Position numbers and translations under genes: made by a program. From Candidatus Sericytochromatia bacterium (GTDB taxonomy: Bacteria; Cyanobacteriota; Sericytochromatia; UBA7694), in assembly GCA_018780035.1 (NCBI GenBank), contig JADMKE010000003.1:338753-402752 (forward strand): DNA of 64,000 bases, read 5' to 3'. The notes beneath the pieces were generated by a model. That model worked only from the letters and a program-made list of their open reading frames with translations, searched no databases and was not told the DNA's origin. Shown here piece after piece: positions 18,198 to 27,326 of the stretch (the stretch's first letter is position 1; every line of letters starts with the position of its first letter).

Positions 18198-18267
18198 AGT
18201 CAGAAATGTCACCCAAAAGGGTATAATCCTTTAAACATCTGTTCGCCAGTCTCATGATCAAAAGGAT

Positions 18268-19635
18268 ATGACCTGTACAGCCATGCAAGACTTCACGCTT
18301 TCAAGCACCCTGCGCCCAGCGAGCACGAGCACAGGCCCGTCACTGTCTGCCCCAGCCAAACCAGCAACAGCACAAACACCGCAGGCAATTGCCACAACGT
18401 CTGCCACACAGCCGGAAGAAGACACGCAGATTTTAACCCAGGGTCCCAAAACAGGCTCGGCCCAACCCAGCTTGAACTTGGCATCTGCGCAACCCGTTCA
18501 AGCCTCAGCCGCACAAGCTCCCGCCTTGCGTGTGGCCAGTCCCGAAGAAGTCAAAGCCGCTGTGAACCAAGCGCTCAAAGCCAATTTGGCCGATGTTCCC
18601 GCCCGTCCCGGAGAAAGCCGCCACAGTTTAAACCAGCGCTTGCAGGCGGAGACCCCTTATCAGGGGGCCGAGTTGGTGATTATTGCCTTTGAAGGCACTG
18701 GGGCTTTTCATCCCCGCTGTGCACCCGTGATGATCGCCGCCAACGCGATACTCAAGCAACAGGGCCTGACCAGCGAACCCGGCAGATCTGCAATCCACAC
18801 ACAACTCTCCGAAGCCATGTCCAAACACGAAGGCAAAGACATGAATTGGTCGGGTTTGGCCGTCGGGCCCTTGAGTACCTTGCTCGATGACCCACAGATG
18901 GCCGCATCTGCCCAGTGGTTGAGTTTTCCTTCGGAAGAATTTGAGGCGCTGGCAGGTGGGGACGCGCTCAAACAGATCAGCCTGACAGAGAGTTTAAAAG
19001 AAGCTGTACTCAGCTCTGCAGGTCAAACACCGGGTATCAACCAGGCACTGCATAAGCTTCAGGAAATTCAGGCCCAGGCCCGAGCACAGGGCAAAAATCC
19101 CCAATTTGTCATTGTGAGCCACAGCAGCGGTGGCCGGTCTGCGGTTAAATTTTTAGAAAAGGCCAAAGCCCTGAAAGATCAAGCTGGCCAGCCCCTGAAT
19201 TTTCCGCTGGTCATGACGATCGATCCTGTCAGAGAGGCCCATGAAGCCGTCCTTGAAGCGGGCAAAGAATGGTTCAACAAAGGCACTGAACACAATCTCA
19301 ACCGTGTGCGCGGCTGGATCGATGCCCTGCCGTTGATTGAAGTTGAACCGAAAAAAGTCTATCCCCCTTTGGTGCGGCACCGGGCCCAACCCGAAAGCCT
19401 CTACAAACCCAGCAATACAGGCCGGTTTTTGAGCTTTTACCAGCGCCAAGATACCGAAGGTTTAAAAATGGACCCCAAATTTGGCATCCAAGGCAGCCCA
19501 GTCAAAGGGGCCCAAAATCAAGAGGTTTATGATGTGGGCAATGCCGGTCATGGTGAAATTGCTTACAATCCCATCGTGGTCAAGGCCTTTTCTGAAGAGC
19601 TACAACGTCTTTTGGTAACCCATACGAATCGGTAA
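18268..19635 (+). CDS. Alpha/beta-hydrolase (lipase/esterase-like) protein with ~130-aa low-complexity A/P/T/Q/S-rich N-terminus
   Basis: 455 aa with no signal peptide. The N-terminus is disordered and compositionally biased. The C-terminal region has AELVIIAFEGTG and a nucleophile-elbow-like VIVSHSSGG, then Asp/His candidates (PLVMTIDP, GNAGHGEI). Confidence 0.45.
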   Translation: MTCTAMQDFTLSSTLRPASTSTGPSLSAPAKPATAQTPQAIATTSATQPEEDTQILTQGPKTGSAQPSLNLASAQPVQASAAQAPALRVASPEEVKAAVNQALKANLADVPARPGESRHSLNQRLQAETPYQGAELVIIAFEGTGAFHPRCAPVMIAANAILKQQGLTSEPGRSAIHTQLSEAMSKHEGKDMNWSGLAVGPLSTLLDDPQMAASAQWLSFPSEEFEALAGGDALKQISLTESLKEAVLSSAGQTPGINQALHKLQEIQAQARAQGKNPQFVIVSHSSGGRSAVKFLEKAKALKDQAGQPLNFPLVMTIDPVREAHEAVLEAGKEWFNKGTEHNLNRVRGWIDALPLIEVEPKKVYPPLVRHRAQPESLYKPSNTGRFLSFYQRQDTEGLKMDPKFGIQGSPVKGAQNQEVYDVGNAGHGEIAYNPIVVKAFSEELQRLLVTHTNR

Positions 19636-19709
19636 GCCCACCCGTTTACCAGACTCAAAGATTCATTTCAAGTGGCCAAACCGTTTAAATCCCATGCCAA
19701 GATACGGGT

Positions 19710-20192
19710 TTAGTTTGTTGGCTTGGGCGACACGTGTAGGGGCTGAATAAAACTGCGGTGGGCCCTCACAAAACAGCCCAAATTATGGCCTTCTGCGCTG
19801 CGCACCCACATCCAGGGATTTTTGGCGCGGTCCAATGGATTGAACAGAACTTCATCAGAGCCGCCCCGGCCCAAATTGGCCTGCAAAAGATGGCCTTTGC
19901 GAAAGGTTGTGATCAGGGCTGCGTGGCGGCTGGGCTGAGCCCTGCAATTGAGTTGATGAGAAACCACCCGCCAAAGCGCTCCAGGCGTTTGCGGGGATTG
20001 GGTCCGGCCAGGAACGGGTCCGCTGTTGGTCAGCCAATTGCCTTGGGCATCCATTTGGGGCCGGGTATACAGGTCAGACTCTGCCCAGACCGGAGCCACC
20101 CAAATACAGAGTCCCAATAGCCAACCAAGAGCAATCTGTCTGCAAAAAGTTTTGGTTTTAATTGGCTCGGAAAAGTTAAAATACCTGCTCAT
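19710..20192 (-). CDS. Secreted bacterial SH3 (SH3b)-domain protein
   Basis: N-terminal hydrophobic segment IALGWLLGLCIWVAPVWA-ES. SH3b-like LNCRAQPSRHAALITTFRKGHLL...NPWMWVRSAEGHNLGCFVRAHRSFIQP. Confidence 0.5.
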   Translation of the reverse strand: MSRYFNFSEPIKTKTFCRQIALGWLLGLCIWVAPVWAESDLYTRPQMDAQGNWLTNSGPVPGRTQSPQTPGALWRVVSHQLNCRAQPSRHAALITTFRKGHLLQANLGRGGSDEVLFNPLDRAKNPWMWVRSAEGHNLGCFVRAHRSFIQPLHVSPKPTN

Positions 20193-20249
20193 TTTGGCCT
20201 TGGATTCTTGGTCTCTCTTCGTTTTGTATTCAGTATAACATCCGTAAAT

Positions 20250-21017
20250 TTACGCCATCATAGGCGCTAAGAGGGTTTGTGTTAAATCCTTAACTGCTGG
20301 TTTGGCCTGGGCCGCAGGGGTCGAAGCCACGAACAGAGCTTTGTAAATGGCTTCTGGCGGCAAGGCCACGATTGCCAATTGGCCCTGATCCAAATAGCGT
20401 TGAACAGTAATCTGGGGTGAAAAAGTGGTGGCCCGGCCAGTCAGACACCAGTCGAGTAAGACATCGAGAGAGTCGGTATTGCAGACGATTTGCCGGGGGT
20501 ATTTTTCGTCGTTCCAGCGTTTCTTCCTGGGATTGTGAGAGATGCGCCGGGGCAGGGCGTAGACCAATGCATTCCATTGGCAAAAGGGGCGGGGGGCTGA
20601 GACCATCACAAACGGGCTGCGGCGCGCTGAAAAGGTCAAAAACCCCTCCTCTTCCAATTCAACATCCATCAGCGCAAGGTCGATCTGACCTTTGGCCAAA
20701 CGATCACGCAGGGTCTTGGTTTGGGGTTTACATTGAATATTCAAAAATACATCGGGATTTTCGGCCATAAACGGGCTCAAGCAGCGCGGCAAAAAGTCAA
20801 AGCCACTGGCGGATTGCCAGGCAAAAGAAATGGTCCCCGATAATGTCGTCTGAGAGTGGGTTTGAAAGCGCTTTTCCAACCACTTGTCGGGGCCAACGTT
20901 GTTCGGGCCAGACATTGAGAATTTCATCCAGTGAGTGATAATTGCCAAAAAAGCCAGGTATTTTAAATCCTGCCAAGGGCCTTCCTGATTGTGGGCTCCG
21001 GCAATAATAAAAGGCAC
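20250..21017 (-). CDS. LysR-family substrate-binding-domain protein without recognisable N-terminal HTH (possibly truncated regulator or pseudogene)
   Basis: SGTISFAWQSASGFDFLPRCLSPFMAENPDVFLNI...GQIDLALM...FVMVSAPRP matches the LysR C-terminal effector domain, but only ~55 aa precede it. The same frame is open upstream to 21308, interrupted by an in-frame TAA at 21069-21071. Confidence 0.4.
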   Translation of the reverse strand: MPFIIAGAHNQEGPWQDLKYLAFLAIITHWMKFSMSGPNNVGPDKWLEKRFQTHSQTTLSGTISFAWQSASGFDFLPRCLSPFMAENPDVFLNIQCKPQTKTLRDRLAKGQIDLALMDVELEEEGFLTFSARRSPFVMVSAPRPFCQWNALVYALPRRISHNPRKKRWNDEKYPRQIVCNTDSLDVLLDWCLTGRATTFSPQITVQRYLDQGQLAIVALPPEAIYKALFVASTPAAQAKPAVKDLTQTLLAPMMA

Positions 21018-21052
21018 TGGTTTGAGGGCCTGCCAAGCCAGATCTGGACTCA

Positions 21053-21060
21053 GGGGGGGG
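21053..21060. repeat. G8 homopolymer tract
   Basis: cagggggggg read directly, lying between the LysR-like ORF and the in-frame upstream fragment. Confidence 0.8.
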
Positions 21061-21325
21061 CTGTAACATTACGACAAAATCCAAGGCCCCCCATTTGGCA
21101 AAACCACCTCTGGTCGAAAACCGGGATCTTTTTCGCTCAAGTGATTGAGAATATCGACAATTTGGCTTTCCAAAATCAAGGTGGCCCCGATTCGCAATGT
21201 CCAAATTTCGGCTTGTGTTACTGGTGTTTCGAGGGCTTTATCCAGGGCTGAAAGTCGGGTCAAGAGCGGAAAGCTCTCAGCGCACAAAATCTCCCCAGCG
21301 GGGGTCAATTTTTGTCAATCCCACA

Positions 21326-22885
21326 TTATTCTGCCCCAATGCCCAAATACACCCGCAGTTTTTCACTTTCATATTTTTCTTCGGCCTGGGGCTCACGTTT
21401 CCAAAGTGAGAGCAAAATACCCACCAAAAAGGCGGCACTCATCGAGACCAAAGCGGGATTCTTGAGCGGAAAAAAAGCGGAACCGGCTGGGTTTTTTAGA
21501 ATATCTTCCCAGATTGTCGGGCTGAGCACGATCAGGCCCACGGATAAAAACGCCCCGGTTAAGATCGCGCCCACAGCCCCGAGGGTGGTGAACCGCTTCC
21601 AGAGAATCGAGAGCAGCAAGGCGGGAAAATTGGCGCTGGCAGCTATCGCAAAGGCCAGTCCGACCATAAAGGCCACGTTTTGCCCCTTAAAGACCATGCC
21701 CAGCAAGACCGCCAAAGAGCCAAAGATCAAAGTGGCGATCCGTCCCACACGCATCTGTTCATGTTCGCTGGCCTGCCCCCGTTTGATAATATGCACATAG
21801 ATATCATGGGAGAAAGCCGAGGCCCCTGCCAGGGTCAATCCCGCAACCACTGCCAGGATCGTGGCAAAAGCTACCGCCGCAATAAATCCCAGAAAAGGGG
21901 TGCCGCCCAAAAATTCGGCCAGCAGCGGCGCGGCCATATTGCCCCCTTTGTCGATCCCTGCAATCACATTGCGCCCAATCAAAGCGGCAGCCCCAAAGCC
22001 CACAATCGGGATGATCAGATAAAAATAGCCGATAAAACCAGAAGCGTAGAGTACCGAAAGCCGTGCAGCACGGGCATCGGGAACGGTATAAAAGCGCATC
22101 AAAATATGCGGCAGACCGAGCAAACCAAACATCAAAGCCAATCCCAGTGAAATCGCATCAAGTGGATTGCTCACCAGACCTCCGGGCTCAAGGGCCGCCT
22201 GACCATATTGATTGGCCACTGCCGCATAGAGCTCAATCGGGTTAAACGAAAAGCGTGCAAGCACCAGAATGACCATCACGGTCACACCAAAAAGCAAAAG
22301 CAGGGCTTTGACAATTTGCACCCAGGTGGTGGCCAACATGCCCCCAAAGAGCACGTAGGCCAGCATGATCACCCCTACTGCGACTTCCGCGACTTCGTAG
22401 GGCACGCCAAACATCAAATGGATCAAGGCTCCCGAGCCCACCATCTGGGCAATGGTATAAAAGAGAATGGTTAAGATTCCACCTAAAGCAGCGGCAATAC
22501 GCACGGGGGTCTGCTGCAAACGAAAAGCGACGACATCCGCAAAGGTGTATTTTCCCAAGTTTCTCAGGGGCTCCGCTACAAGAAACATCAGCGCTGGCCA
22601 ACCGACCAGCCAGCCAATGGCATAGATCATGCCGTCGAAGCCTTTGAGGGCAACCATGCCCGCAATGCCCAAAAATGAAGCAGCACTCATATAGTCGCCA
22701 GCCAAGGCCAAACCATTTTGAAAGGCACTGATGGAGCGGCCTGCCGCATAAAACTCCTGAACCGAACGGGTGCGCCGGGCGGCCCACCAGGTAATTCCCA
22801 AGGTGAGAAAGACAATCAACAAAAAGAAAGCAATGGCTGCGGGCGTGGGCTGGCCCAGGGTCGATTTTGCCGTTGCCGTGTTCAT
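21326..22885 (-). CDS. actP: Cation/acetate symporter ActP (sodium:solute symporter family)
   Basis: 519 aa. FYAAGRSISAFQNGLALAGDYMSAASFLGIAGM...GWLVGWP...AEPLRNLGKYTFADV closely matches ActP. Preceded by a yjcH-like gene with ATGA overlap. Confidence 0.85.
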   Translation of the reverse strand: MNTATAKSTLGQPTPAAIAFFLLIVFLTLGITWWAARRTRSVQEFYAAGRSISAFQNGLALAGDYMSAASFLGIAGMVALKGFDGMIYAIGWLVGWPALMFLVAEPLRNLGKYTFADVVAFRLQQTPVRIAAALGGILTILFYTIAQMVGSGALIHLMFGVPYEVAEVAVGVIMLAYVLFGGMLATTWVQIVKALLLLFGVTVMVILVLARFSFNPIELYAAVANQYGQAALEPGGLVSNPLDAISLGLALMFGLLGLPHILMRFYTVPDARAARLSVLYASGFIGYFYLIIPIVGFGAAALIGRNVIAGIDKGGNMAAPLLAEFLGGTPFLGFIAAVAFATILAVVAGLTLAGASAFSHDIYVHIIKRGQASEHEQMRVGRIATLIFGSLAVLLGMVFKGQNVAFMVGLAFAIAASANFPALLLSILWKRFTTLGAVGAILTGAFLSVGLIVLSPTIWEDILKNPAGSAFFPLKNPALVSMSAAFLVGILLSLWKREPQAEEKYESEKLRVYLGIGAE

Positions 22886-23190
22886 GGGGTTTCTGCTTTC
22901 AGGCGTTGCGCCAGGCTCAGAACCACAGGATCATAGGCCCGATTGGCCCAAAATACATAAATAGCAGTCAAAAGCCAAGATAACACGATGACCCCCGCTC
23001 CCAAAGGGATGCCCAGCGGCGTTTTTCCCCAAATTTGCACGGTCACCACAGGTCTTTGGTAAGCGATCAAAAGCAAAAATCCGTAATAGGTCAGAAACAA
23101 AGCCAATAATAAAATACCTGAAACCCACCAACGTTGGGAGACCAGGGATTTAAACGCGTGTGAGTTTAACATGTCTGAATTATTTTGCAT
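22882..23190 (-). CDS. yjcH: DUF485 inner-membrane protein YjcH-like (ActP partner)
   Basis: 102 aa with two TM helices (ILLLALFLTYYGFLLLIAY...GIPLGAGVIVLSWLLTAIYVFWANR), matching the conserved yjcH-actP arrangement. Confidence 0.8.
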   Translation of the reverse strand: MQNNSDMLNSHAFKSLVSQRWWVSGILLLALFLTYYGFLLLIAYQRPVVTVQIWGKTPLGIPLGAGVIVLSWLLTAIYVFWANRAYDPVVLSLAQRLKAETP

Positions 23191-23290
23191 CTACAATATT
23201 CCTCCAAAAATCCCGCTAATCGCTCTCATCGTGGATATTAAAAAACCGCCCAGCTTGGAAGGCGTGGACGGTTTATAGAGCTGTTTTTGA

Positions 23291-23638
23291 TTAGCCTGCG
23301 GAATTGGCAGGATCATTCCCGTAGGTGTATTCAGTTTCAATGCGGCCATTGGCCAAGTGAACAATCAGCTGACCCAGGGGTTGGGCTTTGGCCATGGTGC
23401 GACCCGCAGCCACAGCGGCTTCTTTGGTGCTAAAAGTGGCTACAGGTGCAGGATTGCGTTGCAGTTTAACATGCCATACTTTGGCTTTGCTTTCGGGCAC
23501 GACGTGGAAAATCACGCGGGTGGAAGCTTGGGCTTGCAGCATTGCGGGAGCGACAGGCATCAGGGTGGATTGGGATTGGCAGGCACTCAGTGAAGAAAGC
23601 ATCAGGGCAGTGGTGAGAAGTGTAAATAATGTTTTCAT
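23291..23638 (-). CDS. DUF2188-family lipoprotein
   Basis: Lipobox LSSLSAC. The C-terminal pattern KVWHVKLQ...TKEAAVAAGRTMAKAQPLGQLIVHLANGRIETEYTYGNDP is typical of DUF2188. Confidence 0.5.
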   Translation of the reverse strand: MKTLFTLLTTALMLSSLSACQSQSTLMPVAPAMLQAQASTRVIFHVVPESKAKVWHVKLQRNPAPVATFSTKEAAVAAGRTMAKAQPLGQLIVHLANGRIETEYTYGNDPANSAG

Positions 23639-23764
23639 GGGGTTAAAACTCCTGCAAGGGTTCGTTTAAACACGAACAATTAACTTGTGATTAACCTTTA
23701 TTAACACTATCTTAACTTATCCATAATCTTATGTCAAGCAGGAAATGAGACCTACCCGAAAAAT

Positions 23765-24358
23765 TCAAGCTGAAGGGGGTTGCGTGGCTGCCACCAGGGA
23801 TTTTTGCGCCTCTGCCAAAATCTGTTTCAGGGATTTGGCTGTGTTTGTCATTTCGTGAATTTTGGGCAAAAACCGATTGAGAAAAAAACGGGTCTGTTCA
23901 ATCAGGTCAATCACGGGGCCAATATCCAGGGAATCCGGGCGCATCATGAGTGTGTGAGAATAATAAACCACATTGTTTTTTTCGGCTTCATTGAGCACCA
24001 AAGCCCCATTGGGCATCAAACTGCTCATGGCTGAGACCAAGCGATAGGTGTCCAACAATCGGGCAGTTGGCAGCTTCACAGGTTGTTCCAAGTAAAATTG
24101 TAAAGTGGCAAAGCGCCCCAGACGCTCGGGGTGTTCCACCGTTTCACCCTGCTCACCGGGGGTATTCAGGATATCTTCCATAAAGACCAATTTGAGTAGA
24201 TTTTGGGGCTTTGGATTTTGGTCTTCATCAAGTGCCACCAAAAGATACTCAAAAGGCATTTCGGCATCTTTGGGGACCAAAAAACTCGGCAGGCCAATTT
24301 GATTGAAGATCAATTCAAGCCGGCTCAGCGGGGTTTTGTTTTCTAATTCAACAGACAT
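23765..24358 (-). CDS. Acidic cytoplasmic hypothetical protein (possible chaperone-like)
   Basis: 197 aa, Glu/Asp-rich, no TM or signal. It lies immediately downstream of the translocator-like gene on the same strand. Confidence 0.3.
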   Translation of the reverse strand: MSVELENKTPLSRLELIFNQIGLPSFLVPKDAEMPFEYLLVALDEDQNPKPQNLLKLVFMEDILNTPGEQGETVEHPERLGRFATLQFYLEQPVKLPTARLLDTYRLVSAMSSLMPNGALVLNEAEKNNVVYYSHTLMMRPDSLDIGPVIDLIEQTRFFLNRFLPKIHEMTNTAKSLKQILAEAQKSLVAATQPPSA

Positions 24359-24395
24359 GTGATCTTTTCCTTTTGTGGTTTAAGCCAGGCAGGGA

Positions 24396-26300
24396 TTATT
24401 TATTTACATCCAGATGCATGCCTCTGGCAAAGGCATCAATGGCCACACTTTCAGGCAAATTTTCGTAGTTGATACCCAAGACATGTTTTGCGAGAAAATG
24501 CATCTGCTGATCGCCCCCTTTGGCCTGATTAAAAATATGAACCGCAGCTTCATCGGGCGAAGCAGCCAGCAAATTGAGGGTGGCCTCTCTGCGCAAAGTG
24601 GTCAATTCTGTTTGCTGTCCGCGCAAAAGAGTGAGTTGTTTAGCCACCTCAGAATCTGGATTTTGCGCAGCGGGGGAGCTTTCCAGCCGTTGAATATTTT
24701 GACTGAGAAGCTCTTGTTTGAGTTCGATTTGCCCCAAGCTCTGGCGCAAATCGACGACATTTTGAAAACGCTGAGAACCTGTGGACCAATTGTTATATGA
24801 CATGTACAGGCCCGCGCTGCCCGCAGCCACACCAATTACACAGGCGGCAATCACCAGACCTGCAGGCGGACACACCACGGTCAAGGCGGCAATGCTTAAG
24901 GCTGCCCCAACTATGCCCACGACATTTTTAATCATTGCCATGCGTTTTTTGTCTAGATCTGCATGTTCTTTGATTTGCGTGACAATTGCTTTCACTGCTG
25001 GGTCGAGGGTAGCGGCTGTGAGATTGGGGTTGATTGCGCGCAACGCGATTGCTTTATTGCGCAAGACTTCGGGATTCGAGCGGTCGGAGAAGGGATTGAG
25101 TTTGGCCCCAAGCCGGATCATCGAACCTTTAAATCCTGTTTGTTCAAGTCGAGCTGCTTCTGAGTCCAACTTGGCAGCCATTTTTTCGCGACCGGCATGG
25201 TCGGTCAAAAGCGCTTCTGCCAATTCTATTTTATTCATCGCCTGATTGTGGGATTTGGAGGTTTTATAAAAATCATAGCCATCGATGGCCGCTGTGACAC
25301 CGGCCCCAGCCAAACCCACCAGCTGCAAGGCTTGGGCCGAAACACCCAAGGCCTGCGCTCCCACTTCAAGGCTCACTTCAACTCCACTGCCTTTGGCCAA
25401 ACCCGTTCCCGCCTGAACCGCTGTAAATGCCGATTTTCCAGCAGAGCCCGCCAGTAACAGGGGATAACCCAAATACTTGGTCGCCAGCTCACTTTTGTCC
25501 CCCCGCACCTTCATGCCCAGACCGACGGCTGCTTCACCCTGTTTGCGCAAGAGACTGGCCTGTTGGCGTAAATGATCCACTTTTGCCAAATGGCTGTCCA
25601 AGAGATTGGCTTTTTCGCTCAAACGTCCCAATTGGCTCTCTTCTTCTGGATTGCGGATCGGTTTGGCCTGGAGGGTATCCCGCATTAAAATCGTATTTCC
25701 CAATTCCTGGCGCATTTCAAATTCGACTGTGGGCGAAGTAAATGTTGCTTGTTTTTCGAGGTTGTTGGCTTGTTGGACCAATGTTTGGCCTTCGCGGATG
25801 TATTTATTGCCCACTGCAGCATCAGAATTGCTAATGCTGCTGTCAAAGCTGTCTTTGAGCTTGCCCATGAGCTCTTTTAAGTCTTTGCGGGCCCCTTTGT
25901 CCACCAACAGAGGCAATACCGTGACTGTCTCGACAAACCGAAAAAGCCCTTTGCCATAATAACTGAGGTAGCTGCCCACCGTTTCGAGTTTGCTGGGTGG
26001 AGGCTTGCTCAGGGGATTGCTGGTGGGAAGATCGTCTGCTGAGAATTTGATTTGATCAATTTTGGCCTTGAGCAGATCAATCTGTTCTTTGCTGCCCAGA
26101 GCTTTGGCGGTGGTGGTGGTTTGCAGCGAAAGCCCCCAGCCCTTGCGCTGAATTGAGGATGAAGATGTCTGAGCATTTTGCTCATGTTGGGCCATTTCTG
26201 TCTTGGGTACAGCGCGAAAGGCCACTCCCTCAGGGCCTCTGGGAGCTGCATTTGGTTGCATGGGCACGATCGCATTGGAGCGAACAGGAGAAACTTGCAT
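24396..26300 (-). CDS. Coiled-coil protein with central Gly/Ala-rich amphipathic segment and a TM hairpin; translocator/pore-forming-like
   Basis: 634 aa, no signal peptide, long predicted coiled coils. A hydrophobic hairpin MIKNVVGIVGAALSIAALTVVCPPAGLVIAACVIGVAAGSAGLYMSY and an upstream Gly/Ala-rich region resemble the organisation of T3SS major translocators (IpaB/SipB/YopB class). Similarity is architectural only. Confidence 0.35.
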   Translation of the reverse strand: MQVSPVRSNAIVPMQPNAAPRGPEGVAFRAVPKTEMAQHEQNAQTSSSSIQRKGWGLSLQTTTTAKALGSKEQIDLLKAKIDQIKFSADDLPTSNPLSKPPPSKLETVGSYLSYYGKGLFRFVETVTVLPLLVDKGARKDLKELMGKLKDSFDSSISNSDAAVGNKYIREGQTLVQQANNLEKQATFTSPTVEFEMRQELGNTILMRDTLQAKPIRNPEEESQLGRLSEKANLLDSHLAKVDHLRQQASLLRKQGEAAVGLGMKVRGDKSELATKYLGYPLLLAGSAGKSAFTAVQAGTGLAKGSGVEVSLEVGAQALGVSAQALQLVGLAGAGVTAAIDGYDFYKTSKSHNQAMNKIELAEALLTDHAGREKMAAKLDSEAARLEQTGFKGSMIRLGAKLNPFSDRSNPEVLRNKAIALRAINPNLTAATLDPAVKAIVTQIKEHADLDKKRMAMIKNVVGIVGAALSIAALTVVCPPAGLVIAACVIGVAAGSAGLYMSYNNWSTGSQRFQNVVDLRQSLGQIELKQELLSQNIQRLESSPAAQNPDSEVAKQLTLLRGQQTELTTLRREATLNLLAASPDEAAVHIFNQAKGGDQQMHFLAKHVLGINYENLPESVAIDAFARGMHLDVNK

Positions 26301-26304
26301 CTAT

Positions 26305-27228
26305 TTACCTCTTCAGCGTTTGAAAGCGAACCAGATTGTCTTCGACGCTCTCTTGTAATAATTCAATTTTTTGACACAGGGATTGGTAATACTTTTCCAC
26401 GCCTGCAATCTCAAATCCCTGCCGGTCATAATCGTCCAATTGGTCAGCGATGGCATCACAGCGATCCAAAAATAGTTCCAATTTTTGCTCCAATGCATCC
26501 AGCAAGGCCTGTTCTGATCGCAATTGCAGGGTTTGACTCAAATCCTCAATTGCTGAGATATCTGTTTGAATCCCTTTGATCAGGCGCAGATAGTCCTGAG
26601 AGACTTGTACAGCCACTTCAAAGGTCTTTAATTTCTCCCAGAGCGGAGCAAGTTGGTAATCCAGACCAAAACTTTCGTTTTCGGTCTGTAAGCCCGTAAT
26701 TTGACTGTGCAAACGCTCGCAGAGTTCGCGCAGGGCCCATTGTTGTTGCTGCAGACGCAGAAAGACTTGGGGCTCAATCGATGGCAAGGGATGCAATTGC
26801 AGGTATTGCTGGACCGATTGGCTGATCAAGCGCTCAACCTGCTCAAAATGCAAATCCGACTCCAGATCGGCAGGCCTTTCAGGGGTTTTTCCCAATAACC
26901 ACTGATTTAAAGCCACCAAATCGGGATGATCGGGGGCCAATTGGGCCGCTTGAGCCAAATAAGGCGCAGCACTTTTTGCGTCTTTGACCAGTAAAAAGAG
27001 GTAAGCAAGGCCAATCAAAGGTTGGGGATTTTTGCGGTTGTACTGCACACTGATGGCAAAGGCATCTGCAGCTTTTTTGAGCAGATCGGGAGACTCAAAG
27101 CCTTTATTTTCTGCTGCCATCAGGCAGCAAAAGCCTTGAAATGCGCTTAATTCCGAAACCTCTTCATGGCCTGCACTTATCTCTGATACCCATTGTGCTC
27201 GGGCACCAGCCAATGCTCTAAAATCCAT
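26305..27228 (-). CDS. TPR-like N-terminal domain plus coiled-coil protein; class-II T3SS chaperone-like partner of the downstream gene
   Basis: 307 aa. The N-terminal ~140 aa form 3 TPR-like helical pairs (AADAFAISVQYNRKNPQPLIGLAYLFLLVKDAKSAAPYLAQAAQLAPDHPD). A 4-nt gap separates it from the translocator-like gene. Confidence 0.35.
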   Translation of the reverse strand: MDFRALAGARAQWVSEISAGHEEVSELSAFQGFCCLMAAENKGFESPDLLKKAADAFAISVQYNRKNPQPLIGLAYLFLLVKDAKSAAPYLAQAAQLAPDHPDLVALNQWLLGKTPERPADLESDLHFEQVERLISQSVQQYLQLHPLPSIEPQVFLRLQQQQWALRELCERLHSQITGLQTENESFGLDYQLAPLWEKLKTFEVAVQVSQDYLRLIKGIQTDISAIEDLSQTLQLRSEQALLDALEQKLELFLDRCDAIADQLDDYDRQGFEIAGVEKYYQSLCQKIELLQESVEDNLVRFQTLKR

Positions 27229-27326
27229 CTGTAGTGATTTTCCCTGTGGTTGGATGACTTCATTTTATTTTAAGCGATGGATATGAGCAAAGAAGCATAA
27301 ACTTGAAAATGAAACTGAAAGTTTGC

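Noticed and set aside
18190-18267. TATAAT hexamer (gggtataatcc) upstream of the hydrolase gene as a promoter -10 box
   Set aside because: No acceptable -35 at 16-18 nt spacing; the best match is GTCAGA. The hexamer also sits inside a small hairpin. Too uncertain.
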